This document shows, piece by piece, positions 48,214 through 57,700 of a DNA stretch of 64,000 bases; positions within the stretch are counted from its first letter, which is position 1, and each line of letters begins with the position of its first letter. The stretch lies in assembly GCA_963813995.1 (NCBI GenBank), contig CAWFAZ010000086.1, forward strand, positions 71,973-135,972, given 5' to 3'. The stretch comes from an uncultured Verrucomicrobiae bacterium. Lineage in GTDB: Bacteria; Verrucomicrobiota; Verrucomicrobiia; Limisphaerales; Palsa-1400. The notes below the pieces were generated by a model. It ran no database searches. It had not been told where the DNA came from and saw only the letters and a list, made by a program, of their open reading frames with translations. The position numbers were made by a program, and so were the translations under genes.

Positions 48214-48260
48214 AAGGGGCGGCGGGGGAGCCGGGCGGAGCCCGGCCCCCCGTCGCCCTT
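48214..48260 (+). terminator. GC-rich imperfect hairpin downstream of the 47957-48202 ORF
   Basis: AAGGGGCGGCGGGGGAGCCGGG-cggag-CCCGGCCCCCCGTCGCCCTT forms a stem of about 19 bp with two bulges and one mismatch. It is followed by a T-containing tract. Confidence 0.35.
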
Positions 48261-48499
48261 AACCTTGTTTAATAGTCTAATAACTGTCCCAATAATGAAG
48301 CCGCTGTCCAAAACGTCCAGTGAGGCTCTTCCCGCATGGTGATGAGGCAGGCTTCTGCTGGAAACCTTATGTGGTCATGTGGTTTTTAACGTGATTCTCT
48401 GCTTGCATTGACATTAGACGGGGTGTAAGAATGAGGCTGAAATCAGGTTATCGATTATCGATCTAATGATCACAACCAAACTCGAATCCAATATCCATT

Positions 48500-49624
48500 A
48501 TGAAAGCAAAATTACGCTTTCTCATTATCGCGCTGGCCTTGTTTGCCGGCGTTCATCAGACTGCCGCCCAATTGCCCGTCATAACCTCCTTGAGTCAGAA
48601 CGGGCTGCTGGTCTGCTCCAATTTGCAGCCAGGCAGCGTGGCGACGGTGGAATGGGCGTCGTCTGCGTCCGGGCCGTGGCAGAGCAACTGGGCCGGGTTG
48701 GGCGCGGTGACAGTGAACTCGAACGGCACGATCTCGGTCAGTGTGCCGATGTTCTACTGTGTGCTTGGGGTGGCGCAGACCACCACGTCCGACGGCATGG
48801 CGCTCATTCCTGCGGGTTCGTTCACGATGGGGGACACTCTGGATGGCGAGAGCGATGCCATCCCCACGAACATATATGTGTCGTCGTTTTACATGGACAC
48901 GAACCTGGTGAGCTACAGTCAATGGCAGTCGGTTTATAATTGGGCCATCGCCAACGGATATGGCTTTGACAATGCCGGTTCTGGCAAGGCGGCGAATAAT
49001 CCGGTGCAGACGGTGGATTGGTATGATGTGGTGAAGTGGAGCAATGCGCGGTCGCAGCAGGCGGGTTTGACTCCGGTGTATTACACGGATGCGGGTTTGA
49101 CGCAGGTCTATACGACTGGGGATGTAGCGCCCTATGTAAATTGGTCGGCCAACGGCTATCAATTGCCAACGGAAGCTGAGTGGGAGAAGGCGGCGCGGGG
49201 TGGATTGAGCGGGCAACGGTTTCCGTGGGGCGACACGATTTCCTGGAGTCAGGCGAATTACTACGGGGATCCCGGGTCACTGGGTGGATACGCCTACGAC
49301 CTTGCGATGGCCATTGACTATGATCCGGCCTTCGATACCGGGGGGTATCCCTACACGAGTCCGGTGGGCTATTTTGCGGCGAACGGTTATGGACTTTACG
49401 ACATGGCAGGGAATGTATGGGAGTGGTGTTGGGACTGGTATGGCACGCCCTATGATCAACCAACTACTACTAATCCAACAGGACCGGCATCTGGGAGCAT
49501 CCGTGTTATGCGCGGCGGCGGCTGGGCCAGCAACGCCAGCCTCGTGCGGTGTGCCAATCGCGGCAACTACAGCCCGTCGTACAACGTCTACAGCATTGGG
49601 TTTCGTTGTGTGAGGGGGCTTTAA
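48500..49624 (+). CDS. Secreted formylglycine-generating-enzyme (SUMF1/FGE-sulfatase) domain protein
   Basis: Signal peptide MKAKLRFLIIALALFAGVHQTAA. The FGE-domain blocks are MALIPAGSFTMGD, NPVQTVDWYDVVKWSNARS, GYQLPTEAEWEKAARGG, YGLYDMAGNVWEWCWDWY and RVMRGGGWAS...SIGFRCVR. Confidence 0.85.
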   Translation: MKAKLRFLIIALALFAGVHQTAAQLPVITSLSQNGLLVCSNLQPGSVATVEWASSASGPWQSNWAGLGAVTVNSNGTISVSVPMFYCVLGVAQTTTSDGMALIPAGSFTMGDTLDGESDAIPTNIYVSSFYMDTNLVSYSQWQSVYNWAIANGYGFDNAGSGKAANNPVQTVDWYDVVKWSNARSQQAGLTPVYYTDAGLTQVYTTGDVAPYVNWSANGYQLPTEAEWEKAARGGLSGQRFPWGDTISWSQANYYGDPGSLGGYAYDLAMAIDYDPAFDTGGYPYTSPVGYFAANGYGLYDMAGNVWEWCWDWYGTPYDQPTTTNPTGPASGSIRVMRGGGWASNASLVRCANRGNYSPSYNVYSIGFRCVRGL

Positions 49625-50061
49625 TTTTTGCTCTTTTACCCTTTAACCCTGGGCTCTTGAGACCAGCCGTGGTGGATCAGACGCATTTCCTTCAACTCCC
49701 TGGTGGTGATGACGGTGGATTCCATGTTGCGAAGGGGAAAGAGGGCGCAAGCTGGAATCCAGCGACTTCACGACCAGGCACTTGTCGGGGCGGAGGGTTC
49801 GCGTGTTGGCATTTGGCTTGGCCTTGGTGTTTTTAGCAAGCCGGATGATCCGCCTTCGTCAAGACTACGGCAGGACAGGCAACACGGGAACGCGCAGTGG
49901 GGAAAGCCTTATGGTTTCGGGCAAATCTGATACTGCAATCTGATACTGTTTGCCAATTTTCGGGCGGATTCGTGATGATTCAGGCAGACGGAAAACGCTG
50001 TAAAGCCTTGATAATCAAGGCCGGGATGACGTGTGAGGACTCCTGAAAAATATATTTGTCA

Positions 50062-50104
50062 ATTTCGAGTCAGGTACATTCAACCACTCTGCCACCCTTC
50101 CACT
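50062..50104. repeat. 43-bp direct repeat, copy 2 (orphan 5' half of tRNA-Ser)
   Basis: Identical to 47811-47853. The sequence on the low-coordinate side, where the tRNA 3' half would be, is unrelated to tRNA. Confidence 0.95.
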
Positions 50105-50293
50105 GGCGTGTGCCGCCGGGAAAATCTACGACGTTTCGAGCGGGAGGCAAGTGGATTCAAGCGGCTCGCTTGAAGATGAACTCTTCCCGGATGAAATTGA
50201 AGGATGGACTGTCCAAGACGCCTCTGCCGCGGTCTGGCCGCATTTGGGAAGTAATACCATTTGCAATATGGAACTGCACTATTCAGCAGGAGT

Positions 50294-50364
50294 CCAAGCT
50301 CCGTAGGAGCGCCATATTTGTAGTAACGCGCCTAAACAATCCAAAGCTCCGTAGGAGCGGCATA
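50294..50364. repeat. Two copies of a short REP-like hairpin element
   Basis: CCAAGCTCCGTAGGAGCGCCATA (50294-50316) and CCAAAGCTCCGTAGGAGCGGCATA (50341-50364). The core GCTCC-GTA-GGAGC can form a stem-loop. The copies replace the body of the integrase gene. Confidence 0.6.
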
Positions 50365-50381
50365 GTGCAATTGCTCACTGG

Positions 50382-50615
50382 AAATGGTATAATCGCGTTA
50401 AATGATTGACTTGGTGTGCTGGCGGCGACCTCCTTTTGGGCGAGGATGGTCAGAAACCGTTTCAGTTAATGTTCACTTGGCAAATGCAGGGGCAGCCCCT
50501 TGAGGAAGTCGCAATATCGCCTGAGCCTCGCGTGGCAAGTGCGCTCGGTCGCGAGCGCAAGGTGTTTGCGTCGAAGAACTCCCGTAAGCCGCCGCACCGC
50601 TTCATTCGTGTTCAT
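50382..50615 (-). pseudogene. Tyrosine recombinase/integrase remnant (N-terminal SAM-like domain only, in-frame TAA, then truncated)
   Basis: The minus-strand reading is MNTNEAVRRLTGVLRRKHLALATERTCHARLRRYCDFLKGLPLHLPSEH*LKRFLTILAQKEVAASTPSQSFNAIIPF. It parallels the integron-integrase/XerD-like N-terminal pattern (..R.rHYS.rTE.aY..W.rrFi.Fh...hP......FL..La....VaasTqnQA.sAl.FL). The stop is TAA at 50466-50468, and no catalytic domain follows. Confidence 0.6.
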
Positions 50616-50721
50616 TTGGCCGTTGTAATGCTCGAACAAACTGTTTTATATTAATTGTCAGGCGGTGAGCGTTTGCTTTATTTTCATTTCAGTCACAATC
50701 AAATGTCGAAAGGCGCGGTTT

Positions 50722-51863
50722 ATGATAAGGACAGTTCTTGGGTTATTAGCGGCAGCAGCGATTTCGTGCGGCATTACCGGCTGTCGCGCGGCACCACGAG
50801 CATCCGCTTGGAAATATTGTGACAACACACCTCCGGGCACGGAGTCTGTTCCAGCGCTCAAGGACGTGTTTAAAAAGCAGTTCTACATTGGCGCGGCAGT
50901 GGCGGCAGACGAGATTTCGGGCGGGGACACACCCGTCAGTTCCCTGATAAAGAAACAGTTCAACGCCATTACGTCCGAGAATTGCCTGAAGTGGGAGAAT
51001 GTGCATCCCCGGCCGGGGTGTACGACTTCAAACAGGCCGACCAGTTCGTCGCCTTCGGCGAGAAGAATAAGATGTTCATCGTCGGCCATGTTCTGATTGG
51101 GCGGACACAGGTTCCGGATTGGGTGTTTCAGGACTCGGAGGGAAAACAGGTCAGTCGCGAGATCCTGTTGGAGCGAATGCGAGACCATATTGTCACGATC
51201 ATGAGCCGCTACAAGGGCCGCGTTAACGGTTGGGACGTCGTGAATGAGGCCATTGGAAGCGATGGTCAAATAAGAACCAAGTGGAGCCGGATCATAGGGG
51301 AAGATTACATCGAAAAGGCGTTCGCTTATGCGCGTGAAGCCGACCCGAATGCCGAGTTGTATTTTAATGGGCACAACATGCTCACGCCCGAGGCCGCCAG
51401 AAGTATTGTTCGTGTTTTAAAGGATATCAGAGGCAAGGGCGGACGGGTTGACGGCGTCGGAGTGCAGGCGCACTGGCAGCTTGATTATCCGCCGTTGAAT
51501 GAAATCGAGGCCGGCATCGTGACACTTTCCCGGTCGGGGGTGAAGGTGATGATTACGGAGATGGATATCACGGTTCTGCCCAGGGATAAAGGAACAGGGG
51601 CGGAGCTTAATCCCTATCGCGATGCGTTGCCTGAAGAAGCGCAGGAGAAACTCGCAAAGCGTTACGGTGACTTGTTCGGGATTTTTAACAAGCACCACGA
51701 GAAGATCAGTCGGGTGGCGTTCTGGGGTGTTGACGACGGGCAATCCTGGCTGAATGACTACCCGATTCGCGGGCGGACCGACTATCCACTGCTGTTCGAC
51801 CGCACATTCCGGCCCAAGCCGGCTTTCTTCGCGGTCGTGAAATCGGTCAAGGGCAACGAGTGA
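50722..51863 (+). pseudogene. GH10 endo-1,4-beta-xylanase, lipoprotein-type signal, disrupted by a 1-nt frameshift in a G-run
   Basis: Frame 1 gives MIRTVLGLLAAAAISCGITGC...FNAITSENCLKWENVHPRPG. Frame 3 continues VYDFKQADQFVAFGEKNKMFIVGHVLIGRTQVPDWVF...WDVVNEAI...ITEMDI. The switch occurs at GGGG 51015-51018, and one extra nucleotide there restores ...HPRPGVYDFKQ... Confidence 0.8.
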
Positions 51864-51892
51864 TTACCTGGACGAAGTGAACAACAGACAAA

Positions 51893-53512
51893 GGGGTCAA
51901 ACCATAGGGCGTGTTGCCCAAATGGTCATGATTAAGCGGTGAGAGGCGGAGGAGCATCTTTTGCGCGTCGGTAGTTTTTTTAATCGACGAAAGTTGAGGG
52001 AGCAGTCCATAGCGGCAGGAATGTGAGTCTTTCGGCTCGAAAGGGCGTCTTCAACCCCCCGATTTGTAACGCCATCGCAGGTTGTAGCTTCTTGACTGTT
52101 GCTTTAAGCAGGATTTTGACGTTCTGCACCGTGGCAATCAGCCAGTCCTGAATTTGCTGACGCCATAATCGTCGCCAGCGCGCTCGCTTGAAGCCGTGCT
52201 CGTTGGCCGCCTGGGCAAAGCTGCCTTCGATGAGGTGTTGGCGGCGGCGGCGATCCTGCCGGGCACGTGCGCTACGGGCCATCTGCCGGCCTTGCATCAC
52301 GAGGTCTTCTTTCTCATGGCGTTGTACAGACCGGCCTAGCTTGGCGGTCGTGCATTGTGTCCGCAACGGGCAAGCTTGGCAGATCCCGCGACGCGTGGTG
52401 TATTCCCAAGTTTTGCGAAGAGGATGAAGGCGCCGCCGCTCCAGCTTCTGGCCAGCGGGACATTGGTAGGTATCACTCTTTGCCTCATATATAAAGTGGC
52501 TCTCATCGAACAACCGAGCGGCTCCTTTGGGCCGGCTCCCGGCCTTCTTTCCCTCTCCCAAATGCGGCGCGATGCCGGCGGCCACGCAGGCCGCCAGATT
52601 CTCCGCCGTGCCGTACCTGCTGTCGGCCACGGCGGTGGCAACTTGGGCTGCGGTGTTGCATTGATGCTGCTGGACTAAATCCATCAATTTGCTGTTTTCT
52701 CCGATGCTGCCCGGCGTCGTCTCCACCGCTGTGATCACCCCATGGGCGTCATCGACGGCTCGATGGTGATGATAACGGGGCCGGCTCTGGCCGCCGCCTT
52801 TGCGCGCCAGCGCCGCGTCAGGGTCCGTTGTGCTGACCATGTGATCGTTGACCGCTTGATATCCGGCAGCAGTCATCCCCTCTTCCAGTTTGGCTTCCTG
52901 CGCCTGGTAGGCTTCTTTGTAGGCGGCGATCAGTTCGGGAGAACTTTTGACCACCGACTCTCTGGAGGCGTTGGCGTCGATCAAGCTGGCATCCACATGG
53001 ATTTTGCTCCCGTCCACCAAGCCGGCTTGGACGCACTGTTGGACGGTGTGAACGAAAACCTTGGCAAACACTTCCGAACCCCAACGCCGCCGGGCCTTGC
53101 TCAGCACACTGTGGTCCGGGATGGGATCCTCCAAGCCATAGCCCAAAAACCAGAGGTAATCCAATCGCTCCGGCAACCGCTCCATCAGTTCGCGCTCGCT
53201 CGCCACATCATCAAAAAAGAGCAGAAACATCAGCTTGAGCAGCACCACCGGGTCAATGCCGACGTTGCCATTGCGACCGTAGCAGCCGGCCACCTCTTGG
53301 CGTACAAAAGTAAAATCAATGGCGGCGGCGATGCGGCGCAAGGGATGATCCCGACGCACCCGGTGCTCCAAATTGACACGATAGCTGAACAGTTGGTTCT
53401 GAGTTTGATGCACGCCCATCATATTAACATTACAGACCGGGCCGGTTTCGCTCGTGTTCAAACTTTGTCAAATAAATAATGATTTGGGCAACACGCCCTA
53501 TGGTTTGACCCC
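51893..53512 (-). mobile_element. Complete IS element, IS1182/IS5-superfamily type (1620 bp)
   Basis: Perfect 31-bp terminal inverted repeats GGGGTCAAACCATAGGGCGTGTTGCCCAAAT lie at 51893-51923 and, as reverse complement, at 53482-53512. They enclose a single transposase ORF. I found no clear target-site duplication. Confidence 0.85.
51980..53461 (-). CDS. DDE transposase (IS1182-like)
   Basis: 493 aa. The N-terminus is NQLFSYRVNLEHRVRRDHPLRRI...DPVVLLKLMFLLFFDDVASERELMERL. The Cys-rich region is CQACPLRTQCT, and the C-terminus is HLIEGSFAQAANEHGFKRARWRRLWR. Confidence 0.85.
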   Translation of the reverse strand: MNTSETGPVCNVNMMGVHQTQNQLFSYRVNLEHRVRRDHPLRRIAAAIDFTFVRQEVAGCYGRNGNVGIDPVVLLKLMFLLFFDDVASERELMERLPERLDYLWFLGYGLEDPIPDHSVLSKARRRWGSEVFAKVFVHTVQQCVQAGLVDGSKIHVDASLIDANASRESVVKSSPELIAAYKEAYQAQEAKLEEGMTAAGYQAVNDHMVSTTDPDAALARKGGGQSRPRYHHHRAVDDAHGVITAVETTPGSIGENSKLMDLVQQHQCNTAAQVATAVADSRYGTAENLAACVAAGIAPHLGEGKKAGSRPKGAARLFDESHFIYEAKSDTYQCPAGQKLERRRLHPLRKTWEYTTRRGICQACPLRTQCTTAKLGRSVQRHEKEDLVMQGRQMARSARARQDRRRRQHLIEGSFAQAANEHGFKRARWRRLWRQQIQDWLIATVQNVKILLKATVKKLQPAMALQIGGLKTPFRAERLTFLPLWTAPSTFVD

Positions 53513-53516
53513 TCAG

Positions 53517-53990
53517 ATGCAAAAATTAACCGGCGACCTCGAAGCCGCCAAAGCCAAAGCGGCCGCATTGGAAATAATCCACAACCAAACCACTGAGACA
53601 CGCGCCAGAGGCGAGGGCGTGGACGCTCAACGCCATGCGCAACGGGCGCTTGAGAACGGAACCGCCACGCCGCAAGAAATAGCGACGGCTCAAGATGCGG
53701 CCACTCGCAACGCAGCGGCGCACGAGAGCAATGCGGGAGGCGCCGCGCAGATCGACGCCAGCCAAACCGCCGCCCACGCCAGAACGCTGGAAAGCCAGCT
53801 ACGAAACCAGCGCCCGCAAGACAGGGACCCGGAACACATGGCGGACGTGCATAACGCTTTGGAACGGATGCTCGGTCTGATGGAAAACAGCAACGTCAGC
53901 CCCGCGCAAAAAGTGGACATGCAGGACATCATCCGCCGCATCGAATACCTCGAAGCCTACGCTGGCCTAACCGGCAATATCCGACGATAG
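53517..53990 (+). CDS. Hypothetical Ala/Gln-rich, probably helical protein
   Basis: The ATG at 53517 lies 4 nt beyond the IS right end. The ORF-track start at 53454 lies inside the IS. The product begins MQKLTGDLEAAKAKAAALEIIHNQ..., and I recognise no family. Confidence 0.4.
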   Translation: MQKLTGDLEAAKAKAAALEIIHNQTTETRARGEGVDAQRHAQRALENGTATPQEIATAQDAATRNAAAHESNAGGAAQIDASQTAAHARTLESQLRNQRPQDRDPEHMADVHNALERMLGLMENSNVSPAQKVDMQDIIRRIEYLEAYAGLTGNIRR

Positions 53991-54051
53991 CGAATATTGG
54001 TCTGTTCAGATTTTTGTTGACCATCTTGGTCACCGGTGGCACAGTGCGTTC

Positions 54052-54402
54052 ATGATGAACGGGCGAACACTCAGGCAACCCAGGCTGACATGGTTGATCA
54101 TATTGGCCGCCTCAATCGCTGCATACGTCTGGATCGCTTTCCTACCTGCCAACTACGATCAGCATCACGAATGGCCCGTGCTGGTTGGCCTGGCCGCGCT
54201 GGTGTTTGGCATATACGGAGCCGCCACCCTCTTTTGGTCCGCCGTGCCTCGGCAGCACACCGCCAAAGTCTTTTTCTACCTTGGCATCGGTCTGATGCTT
54301 CTCTGCTGGCTGGCAGTGCCATCCTTGGCCGGGGTGATTGTTGGAGCCGTGGCCACCCTGATAGGCGCGGCCCTGATGGTCCTCCAAGCTCAAACCCGCT
54401 GA
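54052..54402 (+). CDS. Hypothetical small membrane protein (three predicted TM segments)
   Basis: 116 aa with three hydrophobic stretches: WLIILAASIAAYVWIAF, WPVLVGLAALVFGIYGAATLFW and VFFYLGIGLMLLCWLAVPSLAGVIVGAVATLIGAALMVL. Confidence 0.4.
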   Translation: MMNGRTLRQPRLTWLIILAASIAAYVWIAFLPANYDQHHEWPVLVGLAALVFGIYGAATLFWSAVPRQHTAKVFFYLGIGLMLLCWLAVPSLAGVIVGAVATLIGAALMVLQAQTR

Positions 54403-54709
54403 TCTGGCCGGCTTGGTGAAATTCCACCGCCAAAGCTTATATATGCAAGGGGAGGCTTTGTCGCTGGACATCACCAAGCCGATCGATATGCAATATGCAT
54501 CGACTCTGCACGGTCCCTGCATAGGTTGTGCAGAGTGGAAACTTCTACCCTTTTTTACCGTCTTGCCGAGCCACCCTTTTCAACCCATTTCACGGTGTCC
54601 GGGCAACCCATTTCACGTTCTTGCCGCGCCTCCGCTACGCTACTTCGCTCCGGCTGCTGCCGCAAACGGATGGTCGGGGCAAGCTGATTCAACAGACTCT
54701 TAAAACAGA

Positions 54710-57700
54710 TCACACAGGTGTTTGTGCCACGGCGGGGTGTTCGGCGGGGTGGAACGGGAGTTCGAGGGTGAAGGTGGCGCCTTTGCCCAGGCCTTTGCTC
54801 TGGGCGCGAAGGGAGCCGCCCATTTCCCTGGCGGCCAACGCGCCGCTGTGCAGGCCGAAGCCGTGACCGTCTTTGCGGGTGGTGAAGCCGTGTGCGAAGA
54901 TGTGCGTCAGGTTCCCCGGATCGATTCCCACGCCGGTGTCGGAGACTGAGACGCGAACGAAACCGTCGCCGTTGCGATGGATGCCGATGGTGAGGAGACG
55001 CTGCTGAACGGACTTGGCGCAAAGGGAGTGCCTGGCATTGCTGATGAGGTTGACGAGGATTTGGAGGACCTTGTGCTTATCCAGGGGAATATCAGGCAGC
55101 TCGTCGTACTCGCGGATGATCCGGACGTTGTGGCGTTCGAAGCCGGCGGCGTGCATGCGGACGGCGTCTTCAACGAGCGCGGGAAGGGACTGGGGTTCGA
55201 TGGCGCCGGAGACTGTCGCGTAGCTTTGCTGCATGGCGACGATTTGATTGATGTGTTCGATGTTCTGGCCGAGGTCGCGCAGTTCGGACATGACGGTGGC
55301 CTGCTGGGCGGCGAGGTGTTTGTCGAGGCTCTTGAGGTAGTTGATGACGCTGGCGGCGCGGTTGTCCCGGCTGAGGAATTCGCCCAGGGCGTCGCCGTGT
55401 TCCTCGAGGAGGCCCGTGACTTTGCCAATGCCATCGCCGGGGATGCCGCGCATGAGGCCGGTGATGACGCTGGCGGAGGTGTTGACGCTGTTGAGGACGT
55501 TGCCGACGTTGTGGAGGACGCTGGTGGCGACTTCGGCCTGGCCGGCGCGGCGGGAGGCATCGACGAGTTCCCGGTGGACATTTTCGATTTCGGCCTGGAC
55601 GCGTTTGCGTTGTTCGATTTCCTTGCGGAGTTCGAGGGTGCGTTCCGCGACTTTGATTTCGAGGAGGTCGCGGGCCTTTTGCAATTGTTCCTGTTTGCGG
55701 GTGAGGTGCTTGAGCCGCCAGGTGTAGATTGCGGAGAGGACGGCGATGAAGGCGGCGATGACAAGGAAAATGAACCATCCAGTTTGGTAAAAGTGGGGGA
55801 GCAGTTCAACATCAACGGCTGCGGAGGCGGGACTCCAGACGCCGTCTTCGTTGCAGGCTTGGACGAGGAAACGATATTGTCCGGGTTTGAGGTTTGTGTA
55901 GAAAGCGGAGCGGCGCATGTCGGCGTCAACCCATTCTTTATTGTAACCCTCGAGCCTGTAGCGGTAGTGGATTCGCTGGGGGGCGATGTAGCTGAGGCCG
56001 GCGTACTGGAATTCCAAGTCACCCTTGCCGGGGCGCGCGGTTTTCCCGCCGGGTTTGAGTTCCTCTCCATCGACACGGGTGCTTTGGATGTAAATGCGCG
56101 GAGGAACCGACCGGGTTTTCATGTGGTCGGGATCAATCATGACGACGCCCTCCGACGTGGGAAACCAGATGCGGCCGTCGAGCGTCCTGCAGCCGGTGTC
56201 TTTTTGATACAATCGCTCCGAACTCTTGACACCGTCCAGTCCGGTGTAATCGGCGCAAATGAGATGATCGATTTTGCCGCTGGCGAATTCATCGAAATCC
56301 CGGGTGGCAAAGCTGAAGAAGCCGCGGCTGGAATCGACCCAGATATGGCCGTGATTGTCCGGGAGGATTGCGTGGATGATGTTGTCGAACAAGCCCTGGC
56401 GGCGATTGACGGCGACAATTTTTCCATTTTTGAGCCGGGCGATGCCTTTGTTCAGGCCGGCCCAGACAACGCCCTGGTTGTCTTCGCTGACGCAGACGAC
56501 GTGGCTTTCGGGAAGGCCATCATTGGCGGTCCATAATTTGAACGCGCCATCCTTGATGCGGCAAATGCCGGCGTCGGTGGCCAGCCAGAGGCCGCCGTCG
56601 CGGCCGGGGGCAATGTTGAAAATCCAGCCGAGTTCCGGGTGCTGACCGCCGACAAATTGGAAGGGTGAAAAGTAATTTGCGCCAACGCGGAAAAGGTTTT
56701 TTGCGATGCCGACGACCACGCCGGTGTCATCTTCGCCAAAAGTGGTGGGCCAGTCGCTGTTGGTGTAGCGGGCGAGCACTTTGCCGCCGCGGAAAATCTC
56801 GATGTCCTTGTAACCGTTGATGAGGTAGATGTCTGCGCTTTTTGCCTCGAAGACTCTGTTGACGTATTCGTTGGTCAGGCCCAGGAGCGTTGTGGTGCTG
56901 CTGCCTTTTCCGTCGAAGTAGGCAAAGCCGTTGCCGGTTGCCAGCCAAAGTCCGCCCCTGCGCGAGGCGGAAACGTCAATGATGACCCCGGCAGGCACTC
57001 CTTCGGTTTTGGCAAAGGTGGGGAGTTTCACGTCGGTGAACTGGCTGAGACCATGCTGGGTGCCAACCCACAGGTTGCCCTCCTGGTCTTCGGCCAGCGC
57101 GGCAACCTTGTCATCGGCCAGACCGTCCTGTTTGCGAAACGAAGTGATCGTGCCGTTCTGGTATTTGATCAGGCCCGAGCCGGTGGTTCCCATCCATAGT
57201 GTGCCCTCTCGATCAACGAGGAGGGCGCGGATGGGATACCACGGGAAGGAAAAGTCCTTTCTCAGGAAGTTTGAATCGAAGCAAAGCGGCCCCCAATCGG
57301 TGCCGATCCAGATCCATCCGTTCTTATCCACGGCCAAGGCACGAATCTCCTGGGAATCAACGGCATGACCGGGGAACTGTCTGAGGACTCCGTTTTCCCA
57401 CCAGAAAAGGCCGCGATGGGCGGTTCCGATCCAGGTTCGGCCCTTGGAATCCTGCATGACCGCAGTGGTGTCGGTGCTGCTGATGGTTTGAAAGAGACGC
57501 TCCCTGGTCAGTCTGGCGCATTGAGTCTCCGCCGCCAACCACACCGCGTGGTCGGGGGTTTCCAAGATGGAATGAACGTCGAGGTTGACGCCGCCCCAGG
57601 CCTCACTGCCCTGGTATGTAATGTTTTGTCCGTCGCAGTAAGCGAAGGCGCCATGCTCCATGCCGATCCAAAGGCCGCCGGCACTGGAGCTGGAGAGGCT

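Noticed and set aside
47851-50061. Possibility that the tRNA-flanked insert is a prophage or an ICE
   Set aside because: It is only about 2.2 kb and has no capsid, tail, replication, conjugation or recombinase genes inside the repeats. The single clear gene is an FGE-domain protein. At most it is a decayed islet.
49625-50061. Search for a hidden gene (recombinase C-terminus, transposase, excisionase) in the non-coding stretch after the FGE gene
   Set aside because: I hand-translated both strands. All readings are broken by stops or give low-information sequence, for example ...RTLRPDKCLVVKSLDSSLRPL... and MESTVITTRELKEMRLIHHGW. No catalytic-tyrosine-region motif (HxLRH...Y) or DDE motif was recognisable.
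50615-54402. Idea that the integrase remnant marks a chromosomal integron with the xylanase and small ORFs as cassettes
   Set aside because: Only the generic SAM-like N-terminal part of the recombinase survives, so the IntI-specific insertion cannot be checked. I could not find attC-like imperfect palindromes with RYYYAAC/GTTRRRY ends after the candidate cassettes. A 1.1-kb lipoprotein GH10 with its own 5' region is also not cassette-like.
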